Shown here: positions 12,946 to 24,689 of the stretch, piece after piece
How positions within the stretch are numbered: the first letter of the stretch is position 1
How the letters are laid out: each line of letters opens with the position of its first letter
DNA from: Takakia lepidozioides
Taxonomy: Eukaryota > Plantae > Bryophyta
Direction: 5' to 3'
DNA: 64,000 bases
Assembly (NCBI GenBank): GCA_030704615.1
Contig: CM060731.1
Coordinates: forward strand, 19,158,001 to 19,222,000
The notes under the pieces: model-generated
Told to the model about the DNA's origin: nothing
Database searches by the model: none
The model's input: the letters and a program-made list of their open reading frames with translations, nothing else
Made by a program: the position numbers and the translations under genes

Positions 12946-15180
12946 GTAACCCCCGCCCCGGGTTCAACCATCAACCCCATGTAACCCTCTGTAACTCCGC
13001 CGAGTGTAACCCACACACCATTGTAACCCTCTGTAACCCATAAACCCCATGACCCTCTGTAACCTCACCACCAGGTAACCCATTGTAACCCATGTAACCC
13101 TCTATAACACCGCAGAGTGTCACCCCCACCCCTATGTAACCCTCACTACATGAAACCCTCTGTAACCCTCTGTAACCATGTAACCCTCTATAACACCGCA
13201 GCCAGAGTGTCACCCCCACCCCTATGTAACCCTCACTACATGTAACCCTTGTAACACTTTGCAACCCATGTAAACCGCTGTAACACCGCCAGAGTGTAAC
13301 CCTTACTCCATTGTAACCTCTGTAACCCTTTGTAACCCATGTAATCCTCTGTGACCCTCTGTAACCCATGTACCCTCTGTGACCCTTTGTAACCCTCACC
13401 ACCATGTAACCCTCTGTAACACCGCAGAGTGTCACCCTCCCCCGTATGTAACCCTCACTCATGTAACCCTCTCTGACCCTTTGTAACCCTCACCACCAGG
13501 TAACCCTCTGTAACCCATGTAACCTTTGTGGTGAACCCTATATCCATCCACGGTGTTGAACCCTTACCACCATGTAACCATCTGTAACACCGCAGAGTGT
13601 CACCCTCGCCACCATGTAACCCTCCGTAACCCTCACAAACCCTATTTGTGACACCACAGAGTGTCACCCTCATCCCATGTAAACCTCAAAACCCTCTGTG
13701 GCTCTGTAACCCATGTAACCCTCTGTAAACACCGCGGAGTGTCACCCTCACCCCTTATGTAACCCTCACTCCATGTAACCCTCTGTAACCCATGTAACCC
13801 TCTGTGACCCTGTGTAACCATCAAAACCATGGAAAACCTCTGTAACACCGCAGAATGTCACCCTCACCCCTATGTAACCCTCTGTGACCCTCTGTAAACC
13901 CTCGGTTGTAACCCATGTAACCCTCTATGACCCTCTATATCCCTCACCAGGTGTAACCTTACCACCATTGAACCCTCTGTAACACCGCCGGAGTGTCACC
14001 CTCGCCACCATGTACACCCTCAGTAACCCACACAAACCCTCTATGACACCGCAGGAAGTGTCACCCTCATCCCAATGTAACCCTCACTCCATGTAACACC
14101 CTCTGTGACCTCCCTGCTCGGGGCTCTGTAACCCAGTGTAATCCTCTATAATACCGTAGAGTGTCACCGCACCCCGTAGTAACCCTCACTCCATGTAACC
14201 TTCTGTAACCCATGTAACCCTTTGTGACCCTTGTAACCCTCACCACCATCTAACCCTCTGTAACACCGCAGAAGTCACCCTCACCCCTAGGTAAAGCCTC
14301 ACGTCTATGTAACCCTCGTGACCCTCTGTAACCCTCTTGGTTACCATGTAACCCTCTGTGTCCTTCTATATCCCTCACTAGGGTAACCCTTACCACAATG
14401 TAACCCTCTGTAACACGCAGAGTGTCACCCCCATCCCTATGCCATCACTCCATCCTTGTAAACCCGGTAATCCGTTGTGACCCTGTGTAACCCGTTTGTA
14501 ACCCTCTGTGACCGTTGTAACCCATGTAACCTCATGTAACACTCACTCCATGTAACCCCTCTTGACCCTCTGTAAACCCATGTACCCTCTGTGACCCTCT
14601 ATAACCCTCACCAGGTGTAACCTCCCACCATGTAACCCTCAGTAACCCTCTGTAACACGTAGTAGAGTGCCCCCTCACCCCTGTGTAACCTCACTCCATG
14701 TAACCCTCTGTAACCCTCACAGGTTGCTAAACCCTCACACCATGTAACCCTCCGTAACCCGTTTATCCCGTATGTACACCGTGGTGTCACCCTCACTCCA
14801 TAAAACCCTCCCATGTAACCTATGTCACCCTCTGTAACCCATGTAACCCATGACCCTCTGTACCCTTTGTTAACCCATGTACCCTCTGTTAATCCGGCGG
14901 TGTAACCCTCACTCCATGTTATCCTGCATCGTGTAACCCCAATGTAAGCTTGTATCATGTTATCCCATATACCCCTCTCCGTGTAACTCCAGTTCCTCGT
15001 AACCCCATCATCCTTGTAACCCTTGCTCGTCAGCCTTTTAGCTCGCCTCGTGTAACCCTCATTGTGCAACTCTCACATTGTAACCCCACCATGTAACCCC
15101 GATACTGTATCAATTCCCTCCGTGTAACCCCCGATTGTGTCACTCATAGCTCGTGTCACCCCTGTTCGTGTAGCCCTTGG
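12946..15180 (+). repeat. ~2.2-kb degenerate tandem array of TGTAACCC(TC/A) units with higher-order units (ACACCGCAGAGTGTCACCC)
   Basis: Directly visible. The ORFs predicted here are low-complexity translations of the repeat. Confidence 0.95.
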
Positions 15181-15277
15181 TGCCCGGCAAAAATTGGCGG
15201 GCTCCAAGAGGTGTCAATATTTTGAATTCAACCTGGGTTACACGATTCGGTGACATCAAAACCACGTGTAACTCCAC

Positions 15278-15700
15278 TCATCGCTCGTCATTTTCACCAG
15301 GTGCGTAGACGACGTGCAGTTCCCGAGGGGCTCCGCTGCGTTGCCCGCGTGTTTTATGCGATTTGTACTTGTACTGGTTGATACTTTTGCTGCTAATGGC
15401 ATGTGTTGCCGAAGGTGACGAAGGTGCTAGACGAGGAACGCAAAGCAGCATGGAATCAAATGGTTTTGAAAGATGAGGCGGGAGAACTCTGTCATTTGCA
15501 GCAATTGGTATCTTATTGAATGCATCCACAGCTGCCCATAGACGGGCTTTCAATCACACAACCTCCGTGGATATGCCAGGTTTCCCAGGAAAGGGAAAGG
15601 ATATCCATCGAAGTAGCTCGTCGTTCCATGGTCTCGCATTGTCCTGATTTCTGGAGGGAGAAAGGAGTTGATGTGGTGGGAAAGACCCAATTTTAGTTCA
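15278..15700 (-). other. Possible exon(s) of a MULE accessory gene, divergent from the transposase and frameshifted
   Basis: Overlapping ORFs 15550-15810 and 15278-15553 with a TATA-like GCATATAAAG at ~15860. No recognisable domain. Confidence 0.3.
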
Positions 15701-16110
15701 ATGATCGAAGGTACCGTGAGTTGCCAGATTTGACAACACCGCGTGCAAACAGTTATCGTCAGTGGCATAAGTAAGTCACTATGAGGTTGTTGTCTAATTC
15801 CCAGCCCCACTCTTTCTGCTGGCCTAGCAAAGTCGTATTATGCCGATAACCTCCTCGCTTTATATGCTGTTTTGCAGGGGTACCACTGCTGCTACGGCCT
15901 GATAGATAGGGCACAGACCCGCCGATTGTGAAGAAGAAAGAAAAAAACCGATAGCCAGCCTCCGATTAATCAAAAACCAGTCAAGCGAAATCAGACGTTA
16001 TAAGGCAGCGGATTTCGGAGAGTATAACAAACGTGGGGTGTACGTGTAGCTTCAAAGTTGGCCAGTGTTTCTAGATTCAGAGTTGGCAATCTCAATACTT
16101 CCAAAACAGC

Positions 16111-18831
16111 ATGGATGCAAAGGAAAGCCATGTCATGGTTCAAGCTGACCCCTCTTCCCATTTCTCGCGATTGAGCATGCCCCTCGTCTCAGCCAAGTAT
16201 GAAAGAACGAGTGGATCGTCGATAGGTCTTCGCGAGTGGCCTATCTCCAGCTATGATTATGACACAACACAATCAACAAGCCCCAGGAAGCTTGTGCGTC
16301 CAGCCAAGGCATGAGTGGAGTCGCGATTGTTTCTTGTTCCAAGTACGACGTGAAGAAACATTACCGACAAGCTTGCGATTGAGAGTTACAACAAAACATC
16401 AGATGATGCACAAAGTGTACGTATTGTGGGTCGATAGCCAATCCTGAAAGCGTCTTCTTCTACCATAAGAGACAGCGCAGTGGCGGGGATGGTTGATTGA
16501 AGTTCATAATTGGAATACAAACGGAGTGGCCAAAAAAACAGGAAAATGATCGACTGGGACACAACCGTGTGGTATCCTGCGATGCAACATTTGGGACCAA
16601 TGAAAAATCGGTATCGTGTACGCTTTACCTTTCATTGCATTCTGAAATGTGAGTGCCATGCAACTGTTTGCCAAATTATAACACCACCTTATTCATTTTT
16701 GTACATTGCGACATTGCAGTTCCCAATGATTACCATGATGGGTTCACGAATGGCTCAACGGCCATACTGTTGCTTATAATTATATCACGAGGAAAACAAA
16801 ACGACTGACTGAGCCCATTGTGGATTTGAACCGTATTCGCGACCGAACTTCTTCAGAGCAAACCAGATTGGAGGCCAAAGTTTTGTTGTCGACGATGCAG
16901 CCAAAAAAGACTGCGCAAGAACAGAGAAAGAAATCAATGCTATCGGTACCGCTAGCAGTACAAATGTTCTGAGTCAACAGTAATTCACACTACAAGTGGC
17001 ATGCACGAGGAGGGTTTCATGGATCGGGCTACATGCTGCATAGTTACACTGAGAATCACAAGTAGAGTTAAACTGCCCCAGTTAAGTTTACACGAGGGGG
17101 TGCATTGCTGCCTGGAACACTGGAGTTACATGGCAGTGCTTGAAGGGGTACAATGGATGGGTTGCAGTGTGTCTGTTACACTGAGGTTACACACTGAGGG
17201 TTACATCAGTTAGACAGATGGTTATACTGCCTTGAGTTGGATGGAGGGTTACACTGTTGTGAGTTAGACCGAGGGTTTACACTGCTATGAGGTAGACAGA
17301 GGGTTACACTGCGAGTTACACTGCGAGTTACACGGCGTGTCATCCGCAGTCCTGCATGGATTAGGTTGCACTGCTATAGCCTGTGAGTTACACTGGGAGC
17401 ATCGCAGAGGGTTGTATGGGTTTGGGTCGCTCTGAGAGTTACACGGTGTACATGGATTGCGTTACAGCGCTGCGAGGGGTTATATGTGTTGGGTTACACT
17501 GCTGTGAGTTTCACTGATAGTTACATGACCAGATGCACGAGGGGTTACATGAGTCACACTACTAAGTGTGACACTTTGAAGAGTTACACTTCTACGAGTT
17601 ACACTACGAGAGTTCCTCTGATAAGAGTTACACTGACAAGAGTTACACTGATGGATTGGGTGGCATTTGATGTGTGTGCGTGCAAGGAATCGTTTGGGGA
17701 CGTAGCAATATTTCTATGCCTTTGGCATGTTCGCCGCGTTTGGCTGAAACATTCGTGGCGTAAGATGCCCGATCCATACACTCGCAATGCTGTTTTGAAA
17801 CAGCTTGGCGACGTAATGTACGGCATTAACGCCTGTGTGGGAGTCACCCATAAGAGTGGGCGCTGGAGCGACTGGAAGATTTGAATTATTCCTATCCGCT
17901 TGCGCGTGACTTCCTACATTACATCAGAATGGAATGGGTCCCAAAACTGAGCATGTGGATCACGGGGGCTCGTTATATTCCCCACGCAAGTCAGGATACT
18001 AATGCCGCAATTGAATCTTGGCACGGAAATTTGAAGGCTCGTTTACGCTCAGGAAAGCAAAGGCTTGATGGCAGGAGAATCGATTGGCTAATTAGCGAAC
18101 TCGTGGGTCCTGTTCTAACCCACTATTGGTATAGAGATAACTTGAAATCGAAAGGCTTCAAAAGGAATGTACGACGGGAGGAATTTATCAGTAATGTTGT
18201 TTGGACTGCAAGGGAGATCCCTGATGTCAATGTTCATTTGCCCACTGTTCCTGGTCATCCGGCGATTGTGGATAGTGTTCAAACGGCCGGTCGAAGCTAC
18301 ACAATCTATGCACTTGCGACCACCTGGGCTTGTTGCGATTGTCCATGGGCTTTGAAGGGTAACTTGTGCAAACATCAAATCCGCGTTCTTCAATTGATGA
18401 AGCCAAATCTGAAGGAAGGGCTTATTGTGAAGCTCTGTGGCACAAAGCTCGGGACCATTCATGGAGGTCTTCACATGTTGATGAAATCAGAACTTCCAGA
18501 TATTGATGCAGAGGAGGAAGTTGTGAATCTAGCAGAGCCTACGGAGTGCTCAGCATCATCCCAGCGTGGTCGGCAGGAGCCATCGGATGTTTCATCAATT
18601 GAATCTGAGATGAAGTCCCTGTCGCTTATTGGCAATGAGAGTGAAACAATGCGCAAACATCTGCTTGGCGAGCTTCGTTGTGTTCGTGGGAGGCTGTCCA
18701 CTTTACAAGTTAGAATCGACAAAGGTCTGTTGCACCCTCTTCAAGCAATTCCATTCATAAAAAATGATGATGGAAACAACATGTCCCTTGCCAGGAAAGT
18801 AGATTTTGTAGACCGGTTCCGTAGTAAGTGA
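16111..18831 (+). pseudogene. MULE (MuDR-type) transposase with a SWIM zinc finger; spliced and frameshifted
   Basis: IFLCLWHVRRVW (MULE CxxH motif), TNAAIESWHGNLK (catalytic E region), RRIDWLISEL, and SWIM CDCPWALKGNLCKH. Frameshift near 17880. The 5' exons are degraded. Confidence 0.85.
16980..17650 (+). repeat. GTTACAC-rich array in the transposase intron (reverse orientation of the TGTAAC motif)
   Basis: Dense GAGTTACAC/GGGTTACAC units. Confidence 0.85.
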
Positions 18832-18939
18832 CCATTGAGTCCATTGGCAATGACACTTATTTTGTGATCACCAAGTTTAATATGAAGTACATGTCTGTTC
18901 ATGGGTTGTTATTCACTTTGTCATTCCATCCACATTCAA

Positions 18940-19570
18940 CCTATGTAACCCACTCAATGGGACACCCATGGCCGGGGTGACACACCGCAGGGTTACACCG
19001 TCTGGGGTTTCATAACGTAACATAGCTCTACTTAGTGTAACTCGCATCTGTGATACTCCACACAGTGTAACACAGATGAGTGTGAACCTCTTCAGTGTAA
19101 CTCATTGTGGTGTAACTCCAAGTGTAACTGCAATGTAACTATCAACAGTGTAACCCAGTATGTAACCCCATAGAATATTGTTGTCAGTGGTGTAACTCTG
19201 AGAATTATAAGTCGATGACTGCAATGTGACTACAGGGTCTGGGTTAGTCTGCCGGGGTTACATGACCCTTCAATACAGAGTGGGAAGATGCTGAAGTCGA
19301 GCACCTTTAGTCATCAACACTAGCCCCTGTATGTGTAACCCCTCTATGTGTAACCCAATTTGTGTGTAACCCATGGACGTGTAATCCATGAGATAGATAA
19401 TCATTCCGTTCAACCTATGTTATGGACCAGTGTAGCCCTCCGGAGTGTAACTTGTTGTTGTGTAACCCCAAGAAGTATGTATCCCGACCACATGTAACCC
19501 CCATTGATGTCACCCCATCGCATGTAACCCATTGTACAATTTGGGGTGCACACTATAAACCCCGATGCTA
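18940..19570 (+). repeat. GTGTAAC(CC)-rich array downstream of the transposase
   Basis: Dense GTGTAAC units. Confidence 0.8.
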
Positions 19571-19975
19571 CATCACCCCAGACAATAGGGATGACAACCA
19601 CGTCCACAAGATCTCGATTCTTTGTGAACACCATCCCTTGGGCATCCTGAGTGTACCATTCTTGCACCAACCCGAATAGCGTCTGCAGATCGTTACCATT
19701 GGTACGCATGACATGCCATTGGAAAAGAGCACAGATGACAAACTCAGGTGCGATAGCCTTAAACAATTTGGCCTCCAGAAGTTTGTTGTAACCCGAGAGC
19801 AATGCATCTGTGACAGTTGCTCTTATTTTATACATCGGCTCAAAATCTGTCTCTTCCAAGTAAAACTGTAACGGACTAGAAGCCAGGAAGGCATCGCCAT
19901 AATAAAACTTCACTTCGGGCGCCCCAGGAGGGTCCGACACCATTCTGAACTTTGTCAAGTACCATTGTTTTAGTC
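19570..19975 (-). CDS. Exon of a MULE accessory gene, weakly Ulp1/C48 protease-like (N-terminal half)
   Basis: Open exon after a TGCAG acceptor: FYLEETDF...VTDALLSGY...DLVDVVVIPIVW. This resembles the Ulp1 segment before the catalytic His, but the His/Asp/Cys triad was not found. Confidence 0.35.
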
Positions 19976-21494
19976 TGCACAACAAACCGCACATTACGAA
20001 CATTACGATGCATCATACAAGAGTTATAATCAATATTCGAAATCAGAGAGGATCAAAGTACAATGAGGTACCTCGAACGCTCCCGCAGAGGGTTACATAG
20101 GGTTACATGGGTTGCAAAGTGTTACAGAGGGTTACATGTAGTGAGGGTTACATAGGGGTGGGGGTGACACTCTGCGGTGTTATAGAGGGTTACATGGGTT
20201 ACATAGGGTTACATGGTGGTGAGGGTTACAGAGGGTCATGGGGTTATATGGGTTACAGAGGGTTACATGGTGGTGTGGGTTACACTCGGCGGAGTTACAG
20301 AGGGTTACATGGGGGTGATGGTTGAACCCGGGGCGGGGGTTACAGGAACTGGCGAACTGCTGGAAGCGGCGGACTGGTGTCGCAGAACGACGACGCAGGG
20401 GGCGACGACGCCGATGGGATGAGGGCGGGGGTGGGGAGGGATTGACCGAGCCCAGCCGGCTGCCTTTCGATGTCTGCCGGAGGCGAAGAACCGGCGGTAC
20501 GGGTGTCAGGGCTGGACCGTCCTGACGCGCTTGCATTAAGTTCTTATATTATTCCTATTATCTTCCGTTCAAATGTCCATCTCAATATTGAAATGGCCAT
20601 ATCAATAGTTCACATGAATTTGAATACTAATATTATTTTTATTTTTATTTTATTATTTTATTGAATGTAACAATTACAGAGGTGTCTTAACAAAGAGGAG
20701 AGTAGGTATTCAATAACAAATAACAAATAACACTCTTTTTGTCATTCTTAGTGTATATTTTTCAGAGTAAGAAAACTATAATATGTAGGATGATATAACA
20801 AAAGAAGAGGTAACATTTATCCAGGTTTGACTGTATGTATATCTTATTCTCGTATGTATAATGCTCATATACATGTACATATGATTCGGTTCGGGTCTCG
20901 TTTGGCACATAGGTCCAAGAGATCGTCTTCTTTGTGGTTGGAGGAGCGGCTTGATTTTCCACAACGTAAGCCACGTCTATAGCACACGGATAAAACTGCT
21001 TGGAAGAAAGAGCGTCGGCTGGGGAGTTGGAGGAGGACAAGGAGCAATGCCACATGCAAATGAAATTTGATGTGATATGGGCACAAGCCTCAATGCACAC
21101 TCTCGGGCCTGTTATGAAGAAAAAACCACGCTTATAGGGTAGCATGTTCATGAGGTATAGGGGCTACTTGTTCTTTATGTGTTAGTTTTGCAAAAAAAAG
21201 TATCACCAATTTCATTTCCCTGTGGAAATTTCACGGAAATTCGGGGAATATGCCCTTGTGCTCACGTGACATGCTCAGGCACTACCCAACCTCAACCACG
21301 GGAGGGTAGCTAACCCACCGCTTTACCCTGCCAACATGATATCTCACATACTTTAGAAATATGCAGAGAATATGTTATGGCAAAGTGAAAATGTGTTGAA
21401 GGCTAGGAAATTGCCAAAGACAAAAAGGCTTCTATTTCTGGTTTTTTCTATTTCAAACTTGTGCTCACGTGAGCACAATAAGGGTCCTCACGTT

Positions 21495-22845
21495 TTTTGA
21501 TAAACAGGGCATCTATCCCATTTTTTTAAATGTCCCAATTTCTGACATAGGCAATTCATGAAGGTCAAAAAAAGGGAGAGGATTGGAACGGCCAATGGGG
21601 AGGAACGGCAGGGGTGTTGGAATGGGTGATATGTAAGGCCATGTCTAGAGAAGTAGGATGAGGCGATGGGGTTGAGGGGGTGGGCCCCATTCTAGAAGAC
21701 TCAACCCCCCTCTTTAGATAGTATATAAAGAGGGGAGGGTTACAATTTAGAGGGTCTTGCCGCCTCCACATTACTTTGGTGGGCTCTAAAAGCAGGCCCC
21801 CCTCAAAAAGTATAAATTTGGAACCCAAACCATCTTCAAATGAATAGAAATGTCAATAACCTGGTCCCAAATCCTGGCAGGGGCTGTTCCTGAAGGTCAG
21901 AAAAAAGAAGAGCATTGGAGCGGCCAATGGGGAGGGAGGGCAGGACGTTGGAATGGGTGAAATGTGTGTCCTCATGTAGAGGCGAGCGTAGAAGCACGAG
22001 GTGGGCCCTCCTTCTACTTCTACAGCTTTCCAGAAGCAGGATGAGGCGGTGGACTCCTCCTAGAAGGCTCCACCACCGTCTTGAGAGAGTATATAATGAG
22101 GGTGGGGGCTACAAGCTACAGGTTTCTTCCGCCTACATCTCACTTTGGTGGGCTTTGCAAGCAGGGCCCCATCAGAATAAGTAAATTTGGAACCTGAACC
22201 ATCTTCTATGAATAGAAATGACAATAATGTCAACAAGCCTCAATCGACGATGGGCTCTCTTGCTTTGGCAAAACATAAGAGGAAGGTAAGACCAAGGGCA
22301 TGACCCAGCACAACACACCAATCGGAGCCTTGATGGGGTGTTTGGTCCTCTGACCACATTTTCTCCATTGACTTGAACATGATGCGTAGTCTTTTTCTAC
22401 AAGAGAGCCAATAAAGGGAACATCAGTTGGGCAAAATTTTAAAGGTAAAAAAAGGAGAGACGATTGGATGCAGGAAAGGTGTAGTAGGCTGGCTAAGCAG
22501 GGGATGATGGGATGAAGACAGGTGTCCAGCCACGTCAAGGTACCAACTGACGACTTTGCACACCTGGCGCAAACCGGCCTTCTAGAAGGTGAGCGCCGCT
22601 TAAAGGCCGGGCCCGCCATAGATTAAAAAAAAGGGAGGTTGTGCTCTAGGTGGCCTCTCTAGCCTCCAACTTACTACCTATTACTAGGGCCTCCATTAAA
22701 AAACAAAAATATTGAACAAATATCATAAGAAATTTATATGCTAGCTCAATAAGGATCATCATTTTTTTTGATAAACAGTGCCTCTGTCCCCTTTGTTTAT
22801 TTTCTTAAAAAAAAGGTCCCAATTTTTGACAGGCGCAATTCACCA
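21495..22845 (+). repeat. Diverged ~330-bp direct repeats (21560-21880, 21890-22230, partial 22440-22720) bracketed by a duplicated TTTTGATAAACAG...GTCCCAATT segment
   Basis: Shared GGA(A/G)CGGCCAATGGGGAGG, TTGGAATGGGTGA, ACTTTGGTGGGCT and ATGAATAGAAATG blocks. Confidence 0.8.
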
Positions 22846-24689
22846 AAAAAAGGAGAGAACACCATTTTAAGTAAATATGGACAAAGGGATGAAATCTGGA
22901 CATCTGTTAAATAATTGTAAATAATTAATAAATATGAAAAAAAAATCAGTATTAACAATGCATTAAAGCTTACAATTTTGGATTTTCCCGGATTGGTCAG
23001 AAAAGTAGCATCGTCCTTTGCAAAATAAATGACAAGCAAGACACCTATGTTGAATTTGAGGAGAATCTGATCGCTCATGAGTATATTCACGGAGGGGAGA
23101 TCTCCCGTGCACTCGATAGGTAGTTTCTCGCATCTTACGCGAAACGAATCATTCGATTACTACATGTCAATGGTGAGAGAAGATGAGAGGAGCTTTCCCG
23201 TGAAAACGTAACAAATGCATGTCAATATCATATAGGAAACAAAGTAAGAGCTTTAAAACCACAATGGGTCGTGACGTCGTGACTCAAAATTATTGGTAGA
23301 AACATTGGAATAATGTTTTTGAATTATTGAAACTTAAGGGATAGAAAAATCTTTGTCACATTGAGGACAAGAAATAACAAACGAAATGCATTGAACCGAC
23401 AAATACAAGGTTAGATACCATGTCAAATACAATTTCAAGTACAATGTCAGCTTGCTGCGTGCTTTGAGACCTCCCCCCACCAGGGGAGATCACCCGTACT
23501 CAATACGAGAAGCGTCGAGCCGTCAAATCAAAAGAAAATAAGATCTAGAAACATTCACATGAACTGGTCATCCAGAAATTAAAACTTTAAGGTAAGACAA
23601 CAGTTATTTGTCACCCTCCGAATACCAAATAAGAATCCAGGAAATGCCGAACAGACGTCGAGACATAGAAGGGGAGACCTCTCGTGCTACAACTGAAATC
23701 AATAGCACAATCGCGAAAATACAATTTCGAACGTCGGCATCATAAGGCGCCACCGTTAAAATCGGAGTAGTGAACGACATTCCGCAAGGGAAGATATGAA
23801 GGTTTTGGACCAGACAAAATCCTCATCATCTTCACAAAATGACAATATTTGCGAATCCTTACTATATTCGACAATGAGCTCTAAGAAAAATATAATAATC
23901 ATGATCGAAAATAGTCAAGTCACTGTAGCATGGGACATCTCCCGAGCACTATGTGTAAGGGAGAAAACCATCAACCACCATGGGAAATCGGCAGTCCGAC
24001 ATACGAATGCGTGGAACCGTCAGACGGAAACAAATAAAAATGTACAACCATTCACATCCACTGGCCATTCAAGCATTCAAAATTTTGGAGATCAGAACAA
24101 AAGCTATTTGTCCGCAGATTAAAAACAAATCCAGTAAATAATATTAAAAAAATAACGTGACATACCACGGGAGACCTCCCGTGTTACACCTGAAAATCAG
24201 TAACAACATCGCGAGGATACAGTTTACAAAGTCAGATTAAGAAGGGGCCACCGTTGAAATAGACACATAAAACTACATTCCGCTAGAGAAAAAAATGCGA
24301 TATTCGGACCACGACATATCCTTATCAGATAACGAACCAAATTGGGACTCAACAAGCGCTATGGCGAATGAGAATATTAATCATGTCAGTCTGCAATAGT
24401 CAAGAATCTGTAGCACGGGAGATCTCCCATGCTATGTGCATAAAATACAATCAACCAGAACTAAACTTTCACTGAGATGCAGGCAGTCAGGGTTCAAATC
24501 GCTAGAGATATAGATGTTCAGAAATTGAAAGTTTCAAATGGTCGACACAGAGAATTCAAGGTCAAATTCTGATTGTCAAAGGAGCTCCCACACAATCCTG
24601 GCAATCACCAATAAGATCAAGATTAACACATATTGTCGTCAAATTAGCACGGGAGATCTCCCGTGCACCTCTATACACTGTGCTTAATC

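Larger units (their letters stand above)
12721..20566 (+). mobile_element. Mutator-like element (MULE), 7.85 kb, with ~480-bp TIRs and 9-bp TSD GTTCAAATG
   Basis: Termini GGAAGATAA...TTATCTTCC. GTTCAAATG occurs at 12712-12720 and 20567-20575. 12721-~13260 is mirrored by ~20090-20566. A MULE-type transposase lies inside. Confidence 0.92.
12062..20833 (-). mobile_element. Internally deleted pogo/Tigger-like Tc1-mariner element (~0.9 kb of its own sequence), split by the MULE
   Basis: TIR CAGTCAAAC(G/C)TGGATAAATGTTA at 12062 and inverted ending at 20833, flanked by TA on both sides. Confidence 0.8.

Noticed and set aside
12946-15180. Interstitial telomere, or real proteins from the VT/GY-rich ORFs
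   Set aside because: The unit is TGTAACCC, not CCCTAAA, and it lies within MULE TIRs. The ORFs are repeat translations.
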